From Tetramitus jugosus (Eukaryota; Protista; Heterolobosea): a stretch of DNA of 64,000 nt. The stretch is taken from assembly GCA_937625935.1 (NCBI GenBank), contig OW569364.1, positions 186,001-250,000 of the forward strand, given 5' to 3'. The first letter of the stretch is position 1. The number at the start of each line of letters is the position of its first letter. Position numbers and translations under genes: made by a program. Shown here one piece after another: positions 55,201 through 64,000 of the stretch. The notes under the pieces are model-generated. The model was not told where the DNA came from. It saw only the letters and a list, made by a program, of their open reading frames with translations, and searched no databases.

Positions 55201-58200
55201 GGTAGTGCAGAAGGCTACTTGATGTCTGTCGGAGGGAACAAGGAGATAGCCCAATTGCGTAAGGTCGTCAAGCAATCAATTACTCTAGGGACACAAAAGG
55301 CCAATATGTTCAAGCAACAATATACAAAGTTTTGTGATTTGTGGGAGATGGATAGAAAGAAGTCATTTTCTTCATTCCTTGCTGAGTATCCAGGCGAGCA
55401 ACTAGATCAATATGACACACAAATTCAAAAATACAAGGAGATTGCTGATCAAATATCGACGTTACCCAATTATGATACCATTTCTTGGATGAGAATTGAT
55501 GCAAGACCTATGAAGAACGAGTTGCTTCGGTTGGCCGATTCATGGAAATCTCTATTTACTGGCTATCTTACCACCAAAGTGACATCTAGTTTGGACGAGT
55601 TGTATCGGTTTATGAATACAGCCCAAGAAGGTTTGAAAAAAGAGGTCGAACAAGGAGATGTAGAGACTCTCAAGGAAGTTATCGGTTATATCAGAGATGT
55701 CAGAGAGAAAACTGATTCTGCGAGCGAGAAGGGAATGTTTGAACCGTTAAAAGAAATTGCATTCTTGTTGGCTAAACATGATACAGCATTGAAAGCGAAT
55801 ACTCTCACTCAATTGGAAGAATCTCCATCACTATGGGACCACCTGTCAAAAGAGGCGCTCAATAAGCGAGCCAACCTTTCTTCACTGCAGGACGAGGAAG
55901 CCAAAAAGATGAAAGACAAAGTAATTGATTTCAATGAGAAATTACAACACTTCCAATCCGATTATAATCAAATGGGCGCTTTCTTCTGGGCAACTGGAGT
56001 TAAGACAGCATATTTGGAGTTGGATAAATGGCATAGATTACTTCATGCGATCGAAGAAGAAGCAAAGGGTCTCAAGCGTATGCAAGCACTCTTCGAATTA
56101 ACAGTTATGGAGTATAAGTCAATTGATACCATGCGATTGAACATGACGTTATTGAAAACGTTGTGGGATATGGCATCTCATGTTCTTTCTCTGTTCAAAG
56201 ATTGGATGAAGACGTCATTTTTGAAGGTGGATGTTGACTTTCTTGTGGATGAAACCAAAAAACTTAAAAAACAAATTCAATCATTTAATAGCAAAACAAA
56301 ATCGTGGGATTGCTATAATGGGGTGTCTGATGCTGTTACTAATATGTTAGTTTCTCTTCCTCTTGTTCAAGAATTGAGAAACCCAGCAATGAGAACCAGA
56401 CATTGGGAGCAACTTCTTGAGGAAACTGGAAAGACTGGCGTAGTTGACCCTCAAGATGATTCTTTTAGCTTGGAACAGCTCTTAGAACTTGGACTACACG
56501 CTTATGTTGAGAATGTGCAGACAATTGTAGACAAAGCTTCAAAACAATTGACCATCGAAAATAGTTTAAACAAAATTGAAGGAATTTGGAAGGGTTTAAA
56601 TTTCATCTTTGAACAACATGACAAATATGATTGTATGGTACTTGGTTCAGTTGAAGAAGTTATTGAAAATTTGGAAGATAATTTGGTCCAACTTCAAAAT
56701 ATGTCTACCGTCCGATATGTGGAGTACTTTTTTGACCGTTTAAATTCTTGGCAAAATACCTTGGCTGCTGTAGAAAGTGTCGTAAGTCTTTGGACACAAG
56801 TACAAAAAACCTGGTCCAACTTATATCCTATCTTTGTACTTTCCGAAGACATAAGAACCCAATTACAGGATGATGCAAAACGATTTGAAAATGTGGATAA
56901 AAGGTGGAGAGGGTTAATGATAGTGGCTAAGGATATCCCTAACGTGGTCGAGGCATGTTCTTCAGCTACAATCCAACAACGTCTCCAGTCTGATGTTGGT
57001 GTTTATGTAATGTTAGGAAGTATGCAGGAGGATCTCGAGATGTGTGAAAAGTCGCTTGCTGATTATCTTGAAACGAAACGGAAAGCATTCCCTCGTTTCT
57101 ACTTTGTTGCTCCAGCTGATTTAGTAGATATCCTCAGTAAGGGAAGCTTTCCTAGACAAGTTATGAAACATATGGCGAAGCTTGTTGATGGAATTCAAAC
57201 TCTTTCCTTTGAAGATGATACAGACGTGTCAACAGGTATCATTAGTAACACTGCTGGCGAGATTGTTCCTTTCTCTAAACCTTTCGAATGCAAGGGACCT
57301 GTAGAGACTTGGCTAGGTGGAGTGTTAGATAATATCAAGGATACTCTGTCAACGATATTGGCAGAGGCTCATGTTTCATATCTAGAACAACCTCGGGATG
57401 CTTGGATTTTACATTTTCCTGCTCAATTAGTCATAGTAGCGGCCAGAATCTGGTATACAAGCGAAGTTAATTCTGCCTTTGATAGACAAGAGGAAGGAGA
57501 TAAGAATGCTCTCAAGGATTACAACAAACAACAAGTCGAACAACTTGCCAAACTGTCTCATCTTGTTCAAGGAAAGCTCACAAAAGGAGACCGCGCGAAG
57601 ATTATCACTCTCATTACGGTGGATGTTCATAACAGAGATATTGTTCTGAAGCTTATTGATGAAAAAGCCGAGAATGCTGGTGTATTCACATGGCAATCTC
57701 AATTAAGATACACTTGGGATGAAAAAAAGGGTTGTATGATTAACATTGCTGATGCTGAGTTCACATATGGTTATGAGTACATTGGTAATTGCGGTTGCCT
57801 TGTCATTACTCCTCTGACTGATCGTTGTTATATCACACTAACTCAGTCATTAAGACTGATCATGGGTGGTGCCCCAGCTGGACCTGCAGGTACAGGCAAG
57901 ACAGAAACGACAAAAGATCTCGGTAGGGCGTTGGGAACGGCAGTGTATGTTTTCAATTGCACAGATCAAATGGATTATCTCTCGCTAGGAAATATATTCA
58001 AGGGACTTGCAATGACTGGCACTTGGGGATGTTTTGATGAATTTAATCGTATTCAAGTAGGAGTGCTATCTGTTGTGGCAACTCAATTCAAGTCCATTCT
58101 CGATGCCATTAGAGCACAAAAGAAGGAATTTAATTTCCAAAATGAGATCATCCCCCTCATCCCAACTTGTGGTGCCTTTATCACCATGAATCCAGGTTAT

Positions 58201-61200
58201 AAGGGCAGAGCAGAACTTCCCGAGAACTTGAAAGCTCTTTTCCGTCCGTGTGCGATGGTTGTTCCCGATTTCTTAAATATTTGTGAAATTATGTTGGCTT
58301 CTGAAGGATTCGTTGATGCTAAGCCACTTGCCAAGAAATTTGTCACGCTGTACAAACTGAACAAAGAACTTCTGTCCAAACAAGATCACTATGATTGGGG
58401 TTTGAGAGCGATAAAATCTGTGCTTGTTATCGCAGGTAGCTTGAAGAGAGCTGAGCCTCATATTTCAGAAGAGAAGATTTTAATGAGAGCGCTGAGAGAC
58501 ACAAACCTGGCTAAGCTATCAAAAGATGACGTAGAAATCTTTAAGAGACTAATCTTGGATCTCTTCCCAATGCTCGAAGTTCCAACAAAAAAGGATGCCC
58601 AATTGGAAGATTCTCTCAACAAAGCAGCTCAACAACTCAATTATCAAGTGGGAGAAAATAATATTTTCATATTGAAAGCAGTTCAGTTTAAGGAATTGTT
58701 AGACGTGAGACATTCAGTTTTTATATTAGGGCCAGCAGGTTCAGCAAAATCCAGTGTTTGGAAGACATTGGCGAAAGCAATGGAGTTACTAGACAAGAAA
58801 GTATGGACTCACATCATGGATCCAAAAGCAGTGTCCAGTGATGAGCTTTATGGATATATGCACAGAGCAACTCGCGATTGGAAAGATGGAATTCTTTCGT
58901 ACTTTATGAGAGAAATGTCAAAATCAGAGCATGTACATGTTGATTCTCCAAAATGGATCATTTTGGATGGTGATATTGATGCGGAGTGGATTGAGTCCAT
59001 GAATACTGTGATGGATGACAACAAAGTTCTCACCTTGGCATCTAATGAGCGTATTCCCCTCACTCCAGCCATGAGAATGGTGTTCGAAATTTCTCATCTA
59101 AAGAATGCAACACCCGCAACCGTATCTCGTGCTGGTATTCTCTTTTTGAATGAAACGGATATCGGATGGTCGCCATTCAAGGAAAGCTGGATCGAAACTC
59201 GCTCGAATGATCGAGAAAAACATTATCTCGAACAACTGTTTGAGAAATATGCTCCACCAGCACTAGAGTGGCTAAGGAACAACATCAAAACCATTATCCC
59301 TGTCTCAGACATCAACATGATACAAACTCTATGCTATTTATTGGAGGGACTCGTCACAGAAGAGACTTGTCCTAACGGTACTACAAATGATATCTTTGAA
59401 AACTATTTTGCGTTTGCTGCTATTTACGCTTTCGGAGGAGCTCTAGAGCAAGAAGACAGACAAATTTTCAGTGGTTGGTTCAAGAAAACATTTGCTGCCA
59501 TCAAATTCCCAGAAAATTCGTCAGTCTTTGATTTCTATATCACGGAGGGCAAGAATCTTACTCCTTGGTCCGAAATTGTACCGAAGTATGTGCACGACTA
59601 TGATGTACCATTTAGTGAGGTTGTCGTTCATACAGAAGAGACTGTGCGCTTGAATTATGTGACAAGTTTACTCGTTGACAACAAGAAACCTGTCTTGTTT
59701 GTAGGAACTGCAGGTACAGGAAAAACCACGATGGCAAAGGAGAAGCTGAATCATTTGAATGAGAATACAATGTACTCGGCGATTAACTTTAATAGTAACA
59801 CGGATTCACAAACTCTGCAAGTTATTCTCGAGCAATCTCTGGAGAAGAAGGCAGGCAGAAGGTTTGCTCCTTCCGGAATTAAGAAGTTGATATACTTCAT
59901 TGACGACTTGAATATGCCTACTCCAGACAAATACAATACCCAATCTGCTATTGCCCTCATGAGACAACACATTGACTATGGATTTTGGTTCGATCGCACG
60001 AAAATGGTGATTAAAGAGATTGGCAATACTCAGTATATCGCAGCAATGAACCCAAAGGCTGGATCCTTCACAGTTGATGATCGACTACAAAGGCACTTCG
60101 GAATATTTGCTTGTTCGTTCCCCGGTAAGCAGGATTTGGCAACAATTTATCTTCAAATTATGACAGGTCATTTTAAGCATTTCATGAGCGCTATACGCGA
60201 ATTGGCTCCCAAACTAGTCGAAGCATCGATAAGCCTACACAAGAAAACAAGCGAAACATTTATGCCAACCGCTATAAAGTTCCATTATCAGTTCAATTTA
60301 AGAGAGCTGTCTAATGTGTTTCAGGGTCTCTGTCTTTCTGCTGGCAACAAGTTTACTGAGCCAGACCAGATGATACGATTGTGGATGCATGAATGTATGC
60401 GTGTGTTCTCCGATAGAATGATGTTCGAGGAAGATATTAATGAGTTCAGTACTCTTGTAAAGAATGTCGCGAAAGAAAGTTTTGCCTTCGATGCTGATAA
60501 AGCAGATGTCCAAACTCTAACTTTCACATCATTCATGGAAGCAAGTGAGACCAATGAGAAGGTTTACGCCGAGGCAACAGAGATGGAACAACTGAAACAA
60601 TTGTTAAACAAGAAGTTAGACGAATACAATTCAGATCATGCAGTCATGAATCTAGAACTCTTCACCCAAGCCGTTCAGCATGTAAGTCGAATTAGTAGAA
60701 TCATTGCCAATCCGAGAGGTAACGCACTGTTAGTGGGGGTGGGAGGTAGTGGCAAACAAAGTTTGTCCAGGCTTGCTTCATTCATCAATGGATACGACAC
60801 CTACCAGATCACTGTTACCTCTTCATACAGCATGATTGATTTTAAGAACTCTCTCATAGCATTATACAAGAACACTGGTTTGAAGGGACAAGACTTCACT
60901 TTCATTCTTACTGACTCTCAGATTGTGCACGAGAAGATGTTAGTTTTTATCAACGACTTGCTCTCTTCAGGCTATATCCCTGAATTATTTGCTAATGATG
61001 AAAAAGATAGCATCATTTCCTCCATTCAATCTGAAGTTAGACTCGCTGGAAAAGACCATAATGATAAGAAGATATGCTGGAATCACTTCATTGAGAAGGT
61101 TAGAAACAAACTTCACGTAGTTCTTTGTTTCTCTCCCATTGGTGAGCAGTTTCGAGTGTGGTGTCGTAAATTCCCTGCCATAATTAACTGCACAGTAATT

Positions 61201-64000
61201 GATTGGTTCCATGCTTGGCCAAAAGATGCCCTCATATCTGTTGCTCACAGATTTTTGAAATCCATTGACTTTGGCAGCTCGTTAGAAATTGACGACGATC
61301 CAAATCCGAAACTTGAAGCGAGCGAAAAGAACAAAGAAGAAGCCGAGAGGGTGAGATCTCATGTCGCTGAGCACATGGCCTATGTGCATAAGACGGTTGG
61401 TGATGCATCAAAATTATTTGCCCAAGTTGATAAGAGATACAACTATACAACTCCAAAGAGTTACTTAGAGTTAATTGAGTTGTACAAGCAACTTCTTCAC
61501 ACTAAGAGAACTGATCTCAATGAAAAAATTGGTCGTTTGCAAAACGGTTTGAGAAAGTTGCGTGAATCTAGTTCAAATGTTGCTCAACTTCAAGAGCTAC
61601 TTAAAGAAGAACAAGTTTTGGTTGAAGAAAAGGCCAAGTCAACCGAAGAGCTTTTGAAACGGGTGAGTAAGGACCGAGCTGTAGTTGAAGAACAATCCAA
61701 GGTAGCTCGAGCAGAAACAGAAAAAACAAACAAGCTGGTTGCTGAAGTTGAAGAGTTTGAAAGACAGTGTCGTGAAGAGTTAGAGAAAGCCCAACCGATT
61801 GTGGATGAAGCTATTGCCGCATTGAAAACTCTCAACAAGACTGACTTGGGTGTGATGAAGTCTTTTGTAACTCCGAAGGATGAAATTTTAGATATTGGAG
61901 CTGCAGTTATGGTTCTGACAGCTGATCCAAAGAGAGGTCCTCCAAAGAATGTTACATGGCCCGATGTCAAAAAACGAATGCAAAACGTACAAGGCTTTAT
62001 CAACGAACTGTTAGAATTTGATAGAGAAAATATTCCTCCACAAAATATCGAAGCTGTTAAACCGTATCTTAAAAAAGAGAAATTTAATAAGGATGCAGTT
62101 ATGTCAGTTTCAACTGCTGCAGCTGGTCTCTGTAGTTGGGTCGTGAACATGGTTAGATTCCACGAGATTTATTGCGAAGTTGAACCTAAGAGAAAGCTCA
62201 CTGAACAAGCAGGTGAAAAGTTGACTGTATCGCGTGCTAATTTGAAGAAGATTCAGGACAAAGAAAGAGACTTAAAGAAAAAGTTAAATACTCTAATGTC
62301 AGAGTATGAGGCGGCAAACAATGAAAAGCTAGCAAATGAAGAACGAGCTCGTCGAACCCAAGAAAAACTTGAACTGGCAAAACGTTTGATTAATGGTCTT
62401 GCCGACGAAAATGTTAGATGGGCTCAGTCTATTCAAGATCTTCAATTCAGAGAAAAATCTCTAGTGGGAGATGTATTACTCGCTGCTGCTTTCTTGTCAT
62501 ATGTAGGTCCTTTCACAAAGAATTATCGACAAAATCTATTGGAAGACAAGTGGATACCTGATTTGATTGAAAGGAAAATATCAATCACAGAGCAAATAGA
62601 TCCACTGTATCATGTACTAACGGATGAAGCTCAGGTTGCTCAATGGAACAATGAAGGTTTACCTTCAGATAGATCTTCAATTGAAAATGGTGCTATTGTT
62701 ACCAACTGCAAGAGATGGCCATTGTTAATAGATCCACAATTACAAGGTGTAAAGTGGATCAAAAATAGAGAAAGCAAAAACAATCTGCAAGTGATTCAGC
62801 TGACACAGAAGAAATATCTTGACAAAATTGAAAATGCTATTCAATTTGGTTATCCAGTCCTAATCGAAAATATTGGGGAGACTATCGACTCAATTCTGGA
62901 ACCACTATTATCTCGATCTTTTATTCAGAGAGGTAGAGCTATATATATTAGATTGGGAGAGAAAGAAATTGAGTACGACTCCAAATTCAAACTTTATTTG
63001 CAAACTAAATTATCCAATCCTCACTACCGCCCTGAAATTGTTGCTCAAACTACATTATTGAACTTTATGGTAACTGAGAGTGGTCTAGAGGATCAATTAT
63101 TGGCTGTGGTAGTGAATAAAGAAAGACCTGATCTAGAAGAACTCAGAGTTACTTATCTGAGACAGATGCGTCAATTTAAGATCGAACTAAAAGCTTGCGA
63201 AGACAACTTGTTGTATGAATTAACGAATGCAAAAGGTGACATTCTAGAAAATAAGAACTTGATTGAGCATTTAGAGTTGACTAAAAAGAAAGCCAAGCAA
63301 ATTCAAATATCTGTAGCAGAAACAATCGAGAACAACAAGAAAATTGATACAAGCAGAAAAGTATACACACCAGTGTCTGTCCGAGGATCCCTTTTGTACT
63401 TCTTGATTGACAAGTTGAACAATATTGATCATATGTATCAGTATTCTTTGGAAGCGTTCATGGTAGTGTTTAACAAGGCACTCGCGAAGGCTATGGAAGC
63501 AGAGACTGTCGACCAGAGAGTCGTCAATATTACGGACTGTATCACAGAGACTCTCTTCAGTTATGTGAGCAGAGGTTTATTTGAGAGACACAAACTTATC
63601 TTTAGTACCATGTTGTGCTTCGAAATTCTGAAGAAACAACAGGCAGTTGATCTTCATCAACTCAACTTCTTACTCCGGCCAGACAAAACAAAAACGAAAG
63701 AACGGCCAGAGAATGTAATTGGCTGGTGTACCGAAGTTGGTTATAACCTTGTACAAGCATTGACTGAGATTGAGGGAACAACACCTGCATTCTCTACTTT
63801 ACCCGATGATATGAACGGTAGTTGGAGAAGATGGAAAGAGTGGTGTGAATTTGAGAAACCAGAAGAGAAGCCTCTTCCCCTTGAATGGAAAAATCTCACA
63901 ACATTCCAAAAGCTTCTTGTGATCAGATGTTTACGTCCGGACCGTTTAACAATGGCCGTGACAAAATTTGTGGAAGAACAAATTGGTACAAAATATGTTC
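52272..64000 (+). CDS. Axonemal outer-arm dynein heavy chain, beta type (DNAH9/11/17-like), 3'-partial; exons 52272-52402 and 52470->64000
   Basis: Intron 52403-52469 (GTATGT..TTCTAAC..TAG) then an open frame to the window end. P-loops GPAGTGKTET (57880), GPAGSAKS, GTAGTGKT, GVGGSGKQS; CFDEFNRI, QDHYDWGLRAIKSVL; stalk coiled coil. Confidence 0.96.

Noticed and set aside
53903-63061. Many short ORFs in the track over the last 11 kb
   Set aside because: Alternative-frame or antisense shadows of the continuous dynein heavy chain frame.
1-64000. CRISPR arrays, rRNA, tRNA, prokaryotic operons, alternative genetic code
   Set aside because: No repeat-spacer periodicity or RNA gene signatures seen; long conserved genes translate cleanly with the standard code and end in TAA, TAG or TGA.

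Overview
Gene-dense nuclear DNA of a flagellated unicellular eukaryote; short GT-AG introns with mostly GTATGT donors and the gene content suggest a Discoba/heterolobosean-like protist (inference). About 30 protein-coding loci: Ind1/NUBPL, IFT88, COMMD8-like, a HEAT-repeat protein, TMEM214-like, an M3 oligopeptidase, an adenylate kinase, an ankyrin protein, a GT48 beta-1,3-glucan synthase, RAD54B, a BRO1-domain protein, a Nudix hydrolase, Ras, 14-3-3, a RING-H2 ligase, a TOM1-like VHS-GAT protein, PUS1/TruA, RAD21, a CaMKK-like kinase, PSMB1, RRG7-like, a YdjM-like hydrolase, and an outer-arm dynein heavy chain that runs off the right edge and is absent from the ORF track. Eleven introns were resolved by hand. 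No rRNA, tRNA or CRISPR array was found. Best leads: (1) a BEN/DUF4806-like ORF at the left edge followed by short direct repeats and a CAC-type end, possibly the terminus of a DNA transposon; (2) a PUS1 gene with a frameshift and a missing catalytic mid-section; (3) a frameshifted ORF in frame behind a single TGA; (4) a divergent GT48 glucan synthase; (5) recurrent cis-regulatory patterns (TGACAG sites in divergent promoters, an E2F site at RAD54B, stop codons fused with AATAAA, CAA-rich leaders). All family assignments come from motif recognition, not database searches.
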